A DNA stretch of 64,000 nucleotides from Lepidodermella squamata (Eukaryota; Animalia; Gastrotricha), in assembly GCA_047495785.1 (NCBI GenBank), contig JBLDXI010000018.1, forward strand, positions 558,001-622,000. Direction: 5' to 3'. Below the pieces are notes generated by a model. It worked only from the letters and a program-made list of their open reading frames with translations, had not been told where the DNA came from and searched no databases. Shown here piece by piece: positions 49,501-61,500 of the stretch (position 1 is the first letter of the stretch; each line of letters begins with the position of its first letter). A program made the position numbers and the translations under genes.

Positions 49501-52500
49501 AGAATCGTGCTCCACCGCGGTAAATCAGCCATATTCTGGCATCATTCGAGAGTGGCAGCGTTGCCAAACACGTTTGCAGCCGATTGGCGCACATTTCGGA
49601 TGACCGATATTTCGCTGCCAGCCCAAACGCCTGAAATCGCAGTTTTGGACCCTTGTGCGTATCACCACGATGCAGAATCGTGCTCCACCGCGGTAAATCA
49701 GACATATTCTGGCATCATTCGATAGTGGCAGCATTGCCAAACACGTTTGCAGCCGATTGGCGCACATATCGGATGACCGATATTTCGCTGCCAGCAAAAA
49801 CGGCTGAAATCGCAGTTTTCGACCCTTGTGCGTATCACCACGATGCAGAATCGTGCTCCACCGCGGTAAATCAGACATATTCTGGCATCATTCGATAGTG
49901 GCAGCATTGCCAAACACGTTTGCAGCCGATTGGCGCACATTTCGGATGACCGATATTTCGCTGCCAGCCAAAACGGCTGATATCGCAGTTTTGGACCCTT
50001 GTGCGTATCACCACGATGCAGAATCGTGCTCCACCGCGGTAAATCAGCCATATTCTGGCATCATTCGAGAGTGGCAGCGTTGCCAAACACGTTTGCAGCC
50101 GATTGGCGCACATATCGGATGACCGATATTTCGCTGCCAGCCAAAACGGCTGATATCGCAGTTTTGGACCCTTGTGCGTATCACCACGATGCAGAATCGT
50201 GCTCCACCGCGGTAAATCAGCCATATTCTGGCATCATTCGATAGTGGCAGCATTGCCAAACACGTTTGCAGCCGATTGGCGCACATTTCGGATGACCGAT
50301 ATTTCGCTGCCAGCCAAAACGGCTGATATCGCAGTTTTCGACCCTTGTGCGTATCACCACGATGCAGAATCGTGCTCCACCGCGGTAAATCAGCCATATT
50401 CTGGCATCATTCGATAGTGGCAGCATTGCCAAACACGTTTGCAGCCGATTGGCGCACATATCGGATGACCGATATTTCGCTGCCAGCCAAAACGGCTGAT
50501 ATCGCAGTTTTGGACCCTTGTGCGTATCACCACGATGCAGAATCGTGCTCCACCGCGGTAAATCAGCCATATTCTGGCATCATTCGAGAGTGGCAGCATT
50601 GCCAAACACGTTTGCAGCCGATTGGCGCACATATCGGATGACCGATATTTCGCTGCCAGCCAAAACGGCTGAAATCGCAGTTTTCGACCCTTGTGCGTAT
50701 CACCACGATGCAGAATCGTGCTCCACCGCGGTAAATCAGCCATATTCTGGCATCATTCGATAGTGGCAGCATTGCCAAACACGTTTGCAGCCGATTGGCG
50801 CACATTTCGGATGACCGATATTTCGCTGCCAGCCAAAACGGCTGAAATCGCAGTTTTGGACCATTGTGCGTATCACCATGATGCAGAATCGTGCTCCACC
50901 GCGGTAAATCAGCCATATTCTGGCATCATTCGAGAGTGGCAGCGTTGCCAAACACGTTTGCAGCCGATTGGCGCACATTTCGGATGACCGATATTTCGCT
51001 GCCAGCCAAAACGGCTGATATCGCAGTTTTCGACCCTTGTGCGTATCACCACGATGCAGAATCGTGCTCCACCGCGGTAAATCAGCCATATTCTGGCATC
51101 ATTCGATAGTGGCAGCATTGCCAAACACGTTTGCAGCCGATTGGCGCACATATCGGATGACCGATATTTCGCTGCCAGCCAAAACGGCTGATATCGCAGT
51201 TTTGGACCCTTGTGCGTATCACCACGATGCAGAATCGTGCTCCACCGCGGTAAATCAGCCATATTCTGGCATCATTCGAGAGTGGCAGCATTGCCAAACA
51301 CGTTTGCAGCCGATTGGCGCACATATCGGATGACCGATATTTCGCTGCCAGCCAAAACGGCTGAAATCGCAGTTTTGGACCATTGTGCGTATCACCATGA
51401 TGCAGAATCGTGCTCCACCGCGGTAAATCAGCCATATTCTGGCATCATTCGAGAGTGGCAGCGTTGCCAAACACGTTTGCAGCCGATTGGCGCACATTTC
51501 GGATGACCGATATTTCGCTGCCAGCCAAAACGGCTGATATCGCAGTTTTGGACCCTTGTGCGTATCACCACGATGCAGAATCGTGCTCCACCGCGGTAAA
51601 TCAGCCATATTCTGGCATCATTCGATAGTGGCAGCATTGCCAAACACGTTTGCAGCCGATTGGCGCACATTTCGGATGACCGATATTTCGCTGCCAGCCA
51701 AAACGGCTGATATCGCAGTTTTCGACCCTTGTGCGTATCACCACGATGCAGAATCGTGCTCCACCGCGGTAAATCAGCCATATTCTGGCATCATTCGATA
51801 GTGGCAGCATTGCCAAACACGTTTGCAGCCGATTGGCGCACATATCGGATGACCGATATTTCGCTGCCAGCCAAAACGGCTGATATCGCAGTTTTGGACC
51901 CTTGTGCGTATCACCACGATGCAGAATCGTGCTCCACCGCGGTAAATCAGCCATATTCTGGCATCATTCGAGAGTGGCAGCATTGCCAAACACGTTTGCA
52001 GCCGATTGGCGCACATATCGGATGACCGATATTTCGCTGCCAGCCAAAACGGCTGAAATCGCAGTTTTCGACCCTTGTGCGTATCACCACGATGCAGAAT
52101 CGTGCTCCACCGCGGTAAATCAGACATATTCTGGCATCATTCGATAGTGGCAGCATTGCCAAACACGTTTGCAGCCGATTGGCGCACATTTCGGATGACC
52201 GATATTTCGCTGCCAGCCAAAACGGCTGATATCGCAGTTTTGGACCCTTGTGCGTATCACCACGATGCAGAATCGTGCTCCACCGCGGTAAATCAGCCAT
52301 ATTCTGGCATCATTCGATAGTGGCAGCATTGCCAAACACGTTTGCAGCCGATTGGCGCACATATCGGATGACCGATATTTCGCTGCCAGCCAAAACGGCT
52401 GATATCGCAGTTTCGGACCCTTGTGCGTATCACCACGATGCAGAATCGTGCTCCACCGCGGTAAATCAGACATATTCTGGCATCATTCGATAGTGGCAGC

Positions 52501-55500
52501 ATTGCCAAACACGTTTGCAGCCGATTGGCGCACATTTCGGATGACCGATATTTCGCTGCCAGCCAAAACGGCTGATATCGCAGTTTTGGACCCTTGTGCG
52601 TATCACCACGATGCAGAATCGTGCTCCACCGCGGTAAATCAGCCATATTCTGGCATCATTCGAGAGTGGCAGCGTTGCCAAACACGTTTGCAGCCGATTG
52701 GCGCACATTTCGGATGACCGATATTTCGCTGCCAGCCAAAACGGCTGATATCGCAGTTTTGGACCCTTGTGCGTATCACCACGATGCAGAATCGTGCTCC
52801 ACCGCGGTAAATCAGCCATATTCTGGCATCATTCGATAGTGGCAGCATTGCCAAACACGTTTGCAGCCGATTGGCGCACATATCGGATGACCGATATTTC
52901 GCTGCCAGCCAAAACGGCTGATATCGCAGTTTCGGACCCTTGTGCGTATCACCACGATGCAGAATCGTGCTCCACCGCGGTAAATCAGCCATATTCTGGC
53001 ATCATTCGATAGTGGCAGCATTGCCAAACACGTTTGCAGCCGATTGGCGCACATATCGGATGACCGATATTTCGCTGCCAGCCAAAACGGCTGATATCGC
53101 AGTTTTGGACCCTTGTGCGTATCACCACGATGCAGAATCGTGCTCCACCGCGGTAAATCAGCCATATTCTGGCATCATTCGAAAGTGGCAGCGTTGCCAA
53201 ACACGTTTGCAGCCGATTGGCGCACATTTCGGATGACCGATATTTCGCTGCCAGCCAAAACGGCTGATATCGCAGTTTTGGACCCTTGTGCGTATCACCA
53301 CGATGCAGAATCGTGCTCCACCGCGGTAAATCAGCCATATTCTGGCATCATTCGATAGTGGCAGCATTGCCAAACACGTTTGCAGCCGATTGGCGCACAT
53401 TTCGGATGACCGATATTTCGCTGCCAGCCAAAACGGCTGAAATCGCAGTTTTGGACCATTGTGCGTATCACCATGATGCAGAATCGTGCTCCACCGCGGT
53501 AAATCAGCCATATTCTGGCATCATTCGAGAGTGGCAGCGTTGCCAAACACGTTTGCAGCCGATTGGCGCACATTTCGGATGACCGATATTTCGCTGCCAG
53601 CCAAAACGGCTGATATCGCAGTTTTCGACCCTTGTGCGTATCACCACGATGCAGAATCGTGCTCCACCGCGGTAAATCAGCCATATTCTGGCATCATTCG
53701 ATAGTGGCAGCATTGCCAAACACGTTTGCAGCCGATTGGCGCACATATCGGATGACCGATATTTCGCTGCCAGCCAAAACGGCTGATATCGCAGTTTTGG
53801 ACCCTTGTGCGTATCACCACGATGCAGAATCGTGCTCCACCGCGGTAAATCAGCCATATTCTGGCATCATTCGAGAGTGGCAGCATTGCCAAACACGTTT
53901 GCAGCCGATTGGCGCACATATCGGATGACCGATATTTCGCTGCCAGCCAAAACGGCTGAAATCGCAGTTTTGGACCATTGTGCGTATCACCATGATGCAG
54001 AATCGTGCTCCACCGCGGTAAATCAGCCATATTCTGGCATCATTCGAGAGTGGCAGCGTTGCCAAACACGTTTGCAGCCGATTGGCGCACATTTCGGATG
54101 ACCGATATTTCGCTGCCAGCCAAAACGGCTGATATCGCAGTTTTGGACCCTTGTGCGTATCACCACGATGCAGAATCGTGCTCCACCGCGGTAAATCAGC
54201 CATATTCTGGCATCATTCGATAGTGGCAGCATTGCCAAACACGTTTGCAGCCGATTGGCGCACATTTCGGATGACCGATATTTCGCTGCCAGCCAAAACG
54301 GCTGATATCGCAGTTTTCGACCCTTGTGCGTATCACCACGATGCAGAATCGTGCTCCACCGCGGTAAATCAGCCATATTCTGGCATCATTCGATAGTGGC
54401 AGCATTGCCAAACACGTTTGCAGCCGATTGGCGCACATATCGGATGACCGATATTTCGCTGCCAGCCAAAACGGCTGATATCGCAGTTTTGGACCCTTGT
54501 GCGTATCACCACGATGCAGAATCGTGCTCCACCGCGGTAAATCAGCCATATTCTGGCATCATTCGAGAGTGGCAGCATTGCCAAACACGTTTGCAGCCGA
54601 TTGGCGCACATATCGGATGACCGATATTTCGCTGCCAGCCAAAACGGCTGAAATCGCAGTTTTCGACCCTTGTGCGTATCACCACGATGCAGAATCGTGC
54701 TCCACCGCGGTAAATCAGACATATTCTGGCATCATTCGATAGTGGCAGCATTGCCAAACACGTTTGCAGCCGATTGGCGCACATTTCGGATGACCGATAT
54801 TTCGCTGCCAGCCAAAACGGCTGATATCGCAGTTTTGGACCCTTGTGCGTATCACCACGATGCAGAATCGTGCTCCACCGCGGTAAATCAGCCATATTCT
54901 GGCATCATTCGATAGTGGCAGCATTGCCAAACACGTTTGCAGCCGATTGGCGCACATATCGGATGACCGATATTTCGCTGCCAGCCAAAACGGCTGATAT
55001 CGCAGTTTCGGACCCTTGTGCGTATCACCACGATGCAGAATCGTGCTCCACCGCGGTAAATCAGACATATTCTGGCATCATTCGATAGTGGCAGCATTGC
55101 CAAACACGTTTGCAGCCGATTGGCGCACATTTCGGATGACCGATATTTCGCTGCCAGCCAAAACGGCTGATATCGCAGTTTTGGACCCTTGTGCGTATCA
55201 CCACGATGCAGAATCGTGCTCCACCGCGGTAAATCAGCCATATTCTGGCATCATTCGAGAGTGGCAGCGTTGCCAAACACGTTTGCAGCCGATTGGCGCA
55301 CATTTCGGATGACCGATATTTCGCTGCCAGCCAAAACGGCTGATATCGCAGTTTTGGACCCTTGTGCGTATCACCACGATGCAGAATCGTGCTCCACCGC
55401 GGTAAATCAGCCATATTCTGGCATCATTCGATAGTGGCAGCATTGCCAAACACGTTTGCAGCCGATTGGCGCACATATCGGATGACCGATATTTCGCTGC

Positions 55501-58500
55501 CAGCCAAAACGGCTGATATCGCAGTTTCGGACCCTTGTGCGTATCACCACGATGCAGAATCGTGCTCCACCGCGGTAAATCAGCCATATTCTGGCATCAT
55601 TCGATAGTGGCAGCATTGCCAAACACGTTTGCAGCCGATTGGCGCACATATCGGATGACCGATATTTCGCTGCCAGCCAAAACGGCTGATATCGCAGTTT
55701 TGGACCCTTGTGCGTATCACCACGATGCAGAATCGTGCTCCACCGCGGTAAATCAGCCATATTCTGGCATCATTCGAAAGTGGCAGCGTTGCCAAACACG
55801 TTTGCAGCCGATTGGCGCACATTTCGGATGACCGATATTTCGCTGCCAGCCAAAACGGCTGATATCGCAGTTTTGGACCCTTGTGCGTATCACCACGATG
55901 CAGAATCGTGCTCCACCGCGGTAAATCAGACATACTCTGGCATCATTCGATAGTGGCAGCATTGCCAAACACGTTTGCAGCCGATTGGCGCACATTTCGG
56001 ATGACCGATATTTCGCTGCCAGCCAAAACGGCTGAAATCGCAGTTTTGGACCCTTGTGCGTAGCACCACGATGCAGAATCGTGCTCCACCGCGGTAAGTC
56101 AGCCATATTCTGGCATCATTCGAGAGTGGCAGCATTGCCAAACACGTTTGCAGCCGATTGGCGCACATATCGGATGACCGATATTTCGCTGCCAGCCAAA
56201 ACGGCTGAAATCGCAGTTTTCGACCCTTGTGCGTATCACCACGATGCAGAATCGTGCTCCACCGCGGTAAATCAGCCATATTCTGGCATCATTCGATAGT
56301 GGCAGCATTGCCAAACACGTTTGCAGCCGATTGGCGCACATTTCGGATGACCGATATTTCGCTGCCAGCCAAAACGGCTGATATCGCAGTTTTGGACCCT
56401 TGTGCGTATCACCACGATGCAGAATCGTGCTCCACCGCGGTAAATCAGCCATATTCTGGCATCATTCGATAGTGGCAGCATTGCCAAACACGTTTGCAGC
56501 CGATTGGCGCACATTTCGGATGACCGATATTTCGCTGCCAGCCAAAACGGCTGAAATCGCAGTTTTGGACCATTGTGCGTATCACCATGATGCAGAATCG
56601 TGCTCCACCGCGGTAAATCAGCCATATTCTGGCATCATTCGAGAGTGGCAGCGTTGCCAAACACGTTTGCAGCCGATTGGCGCACATTTCGGATGACCGA
56701 TATTTCGCTGCCAGCCAAAACGGCTGATATCGCAGTTTTGGACCCTTGTGCGTATCACCACGATGCAGAATCGTGCTCCACCGCGGTAAATCAGACATAC
56801 TCTGGCATCATTCGATAGTGGCAGCATTGCCAAACACGTTTGCAGCCGATTGGCGCACATTTCGGATGACCGATATTTCGCTGCCAGCCAAAACGGCTGA
56901 AATCGCAGTTTTGGACCCTTGTGCGTAGCACCACGATGCAGAATCGTGCTCCACCGCGGTAAGTCAGCCATATTCTGGCATCATTCGAGAGTGGCAGCAT
57001 TGCCAAACACGTTTGCAGCCGATTGGCGCACATATCGGATGACCGATATTTCGCTGCCAGCCAAAACGGCTGAAATCGCAGTTTTCGACCCTTGTGCGTA
57101 TCACCACGATGCAGAATCGTGCTCCACCGCGGTAAATCAGCCATATTCTGGCATCATTCGATAGTGGCAGCATTGCCAAACACGTTTGCATCCGATTGGC
57201 GCAGATTTCGGATGACCGATATTTCGCTGCCAGCCAAAACGGCTGAAATCGCAGTTTTGGACCCTTGTGCGTATCACCACGATGCAGAATCGTGCTCCAC
57301 CGCGGTAAATCAGCCATATTCTGGCATCATTCGAGAGTGGCAGCATTGCCAAACACGTTTGCAGCCGATTGGCGCACATATCGGATGACCGATATTTCGC
57401 TGCCAGCCAAAACGGCTGAAATCGCAGTTTTCGACCCTTGTGCGTATCACCACGATGCAGAATCGTGCTCCACCGCGGTAAATCAGCCATATTCTGGCAT
57501 CATTCGATAGTGGCAGCATTGCCAAACACGTTTGCAGCCGATTGGCGCACATTTCGGATGACCGATATTTCGCTGCCAGCCAAAACGGCTGAAATCGCAG
57601 TTTTCGACCCTTGTGCGTATCACCACGATGCAGAATCGTGCTCCACCGCGGTAAATCAGACATATTCTGGCATCATTCGAGAGTGGCAGCGTTGCCAAAC
57701 ACGTTTGCAGCCGATTGGCGCACATATCGGATGACCGATATTTCGCTGCCAGCCAAAACGGCTGATATCGCAGTTTTGGACCCTTGTGCGTATCACCACG
57801 ATGCAGAATCGTGCTCCACCGCGGTAAATCAGCCATATTCTGGCATCATTCGATAGTGGCAGCATTGCCAAACACGTTTGCAGCCGATTGGCGCACATTT
57901 CGGATGACCGATATTTCGCTGCCAGCCAAAACGGCTGATATCGCAGTTTTCGACCCTTGTGCGTATCACCACGATGCAGAATCGTGCTCCACCGCGGTAA
58001 ATCAGCCATATTCTGGCATCATTCGAGAGTGGCAGCATTGCCAAACACGTTTGCAGCCGATTGGCGCACATATCGGATGACCGATATTTCGCTGCCAGCC
58101 AAAACGGCTGAAATCGCAGTTTTCGACCCTTGTGCGTATCACCACGATGCAGAATCGTGCTCCACCGCGGTAAATCAGCCATATTCTGGCATCATTCGAG
58201 AGTGGCAGCATTGCCAAACACGTTTGCAGCCGATTGGCGCACATTTCGGATGACCGATATTTCGCTGCCAGCCAAAACGGCTGATATCGCAGTTTTCGAC
58301 CCTTGTGCGTATCACCACGATGCAGAATCGTGCTCCACCGCGGTAAATCAGCCATATTCTGGCATCATTCGATAGTGGCAGCATTGCCAAACACGTTTGC
58401 AGCCGATTGGCGCACATATCGGATGACCGATATTTCGCTGCCAGCCAAAACGGCTGATATCGCAGTTTTGGACCCTTGTGCGTATCACCACGATGCAGAA

Positions 58501-61500
58501 TCGTGCTCCACCGCGGTAAATCAGCCATATTCTGGCATCATTCGATAGTGGCAGCATTGCTAAACACGTTTGCAGCCGATTGGCGCACATTTCGGATGAC
58601 CGATATTTCGCTGCCAGCCAAAACGGCTGAAATCGCAGTTTTCGACCCTTGTGCGTATCACCACGATGCAGAATCGTGCTCCACCGCGGTAAATCAGCCA
58701 TATTCTGGCATCATTCGAGAGTGGCAGCGTTGCCAAACACGTTTGCAGCCGATTGGCGCACATATCGGATGACCGATATTTCGCTGCCAGCCAAAACGCC
58801 TGAAATCGCAGTTTTGGACCCTTGTGCGTATCACCATGATGCAGAATCGTGCTCCACCGCGGTAAATCAGCCATATTCTGGCATCATTCGATAGTGGCAG
58901 CATTGCCAAACACGTTTGCAGCCGATTGGCGCACATATCGGATGACCGATATTTCGCTGCCAGCCAAAACGGCTGAAATGGCCGTTTTAGACCATTGTGC
59001 GTATCACCACGATGCAGAATCGTGCTCCACCGCGGTAAATCAGACATATTCTGGCATCATTCGATAGTGGCAGCATTGCCAAACACGTTTGCAGCCGATT
59101 GGCGCACATATCGGATGACCGATATTTCGCTGCCAGCCAAAACGGCTGAAATCGCCGTTTTAGACCATTGTGCGTATCACCACGATGCAGAATCGTGCTC
59201 CACCGCGGTAAATCAGCCATATTCTGGCATCATTCGAGAGTGGCAGCATTGCCAAACACGTTTGCAGCCGATTGGCGCACATATCGGATGACCGATATTT
59301 CGCTGCCAGCCAAAACGGCTGAAATCGCAGTTTTCGACCCTTGTGCGTATCACCACGATGCAGAATCGTGCTCCACCGCGGTAAATCAGCCATATTCTGG
59401 CATCATTCGAGAGTGGCAGCATTGCCAAACACGTTTGCAGCCGATTGGCGCACATATCGGATGACCGATATTTCGCTGCCAGCCAAAACGCCTGAAATCG
59501 CAGTTTTGGACCCTTGTGCGTATCACCACGATGCAGAAACGTGCTCCACCGCGGTAAATCAGCCATATTCTGGCATCATTCGATAGTGGCAGCATTGCCA
59601 AACACGTTTGCAGCCGATTGGCGCACATATCGGATGACCGATATTTCGCTGCCAGCCAAAACGGCTGAAATGGCCGTTTTAGACCATTGTGCGTATCACC
59701 ACGATGCAGAATCGTGCTCCACCGCGGTAAATCAGACATATTCTGGCATCATTCGATAGTGGCAGCATTGCCAAACACGTTTGCAGCCGATTGGCGCACA
59801 TTTCGGATGACCGATATTTCGCTGCCAGCCAAAACGGCTGAAATCGCAGTTTTGGACCATTGTGCGTATCACCATGATGCAGAATCGTGCTCCACCGCGG
59901 TAAATCAGCCATATTCTGGCATCATTCGAGAGTGGCAGCGTTGCCAAACACGTTTGCAGCCGATTGGCGCACATTTCGGATGACCGATATTTCGCTGCCA
60001 GCCAAAACGGCTGATATCGCAGTTTTGGACCCTTGTGCGTGTCACCACGATGCAGAATCGTGCTCCACCGCGGTAAATCAGCCATATTCTGGCATCATTC
60101 GAGAGTGGCAGCATTGCCAAACACGTTTGCAGCCGATTGGCGCACATATCGGATGACCGATATTTCGCTGCCAGCCAAAACGGCTGATATCGCAGTTTTG
60201 GACCCTTGTGCGTATCACCACGATGCAGAATCGTGCTCCACCGCGGTAAATCAGCCATATTCTGGCATCATTCGAGAGTGGCAGCGTTGCCAAACACGTT
60301 TGCAGCCGATTGGCGCACATTTCGGATGACCGATATTTCGCTGCCAGCCCAAACGCCTGAAATCGCAGTTTTGGACCCTTGTGCGTATCACCACGATGCA
60401 GAATCGTGCTCCACCGCGGTAAATCAGACATATTCTGGCATCATTCGATAGTGGCAGCATTGCCAAACACGTTTGCAGCCGATTGGCGCACATTTCGGAT
60501 GACCGATATTTCGCTGCCAGCCAAAACGGCTGATATCGCAGTTTTGGACCCTTGTGCGTATCACCACGATGCAGAATCGTGCTCCACCGCGGTAAATCAG
60601 ACATATTCTGGCATCATTCGATAGTGGCAGCATTGCCAAACACGTTTGCAGCCGATTGGCGCACATTTCGGATGACCGATATTTCGCTGCCAGCCAAAAC
60701 GGCTGATATCGCAGTTTTGGACCCTTGTGCGTATCACCACGATGCAGAATCGTGCTCCACCGCGGTAAATCAGCCATATTCTGGCATCATTCGAGAGTGG
60801 CAGCGTTGCCAAACACGTTTGCAGCCGATTGGCGCACATATCGGATGACCGATATTTCGCTGCCAGCCAAAACGGCTGATATCGCAGTTTTGGACCCTTG
60901 TGCGTATCACCACGATGCAGAATCGTGCTCCACCGCGGTAAATCAGCCATATTCTGGCATCATTCGATAGTGGCAGCATTGCCAAACACGTTTGCAGCCG
61001 ATTGGCGCACATTTCGGATGACCGATATTTCGCTGCCAGCCAAAACGGCTGATATCGCAGTTTTCGACCCTTGTGCGTATCACCACGATGCAGAATCGTG
61101 CTCCACCGCGGTAAATCAGCCATATTCTGGCATCATTCGAGAGTGGCAGCATTGCCAAACACGTTTGCAGCCGATTGGCGCACATATCGGATGACCGATA
61201 TTTCGCTGCCAGCCAAAACGCCTGAAATCGCAGTTTTGGACCCTTGTGCGTATCACCACGATGCAGAAACGTGCTCCACCGCGGTAAATCAGCCATATTC
61301 TGGCATCATTCGATAGTGGCAGCATTGCCAAACACGTTTGCAGCCGATTGGCGCACATTTCGGATGACCGATATTTCGCTGCCAGCCAAAACGGCTGAAA
61401 TCGCAGTTTTGGACCATTGTGCGTATCACCATGATGCAGAATCGTGCTCCACCGCGGTAAATCAGCCATATTCTGGCATCATTCGAGAGTGGCAGCGTTG

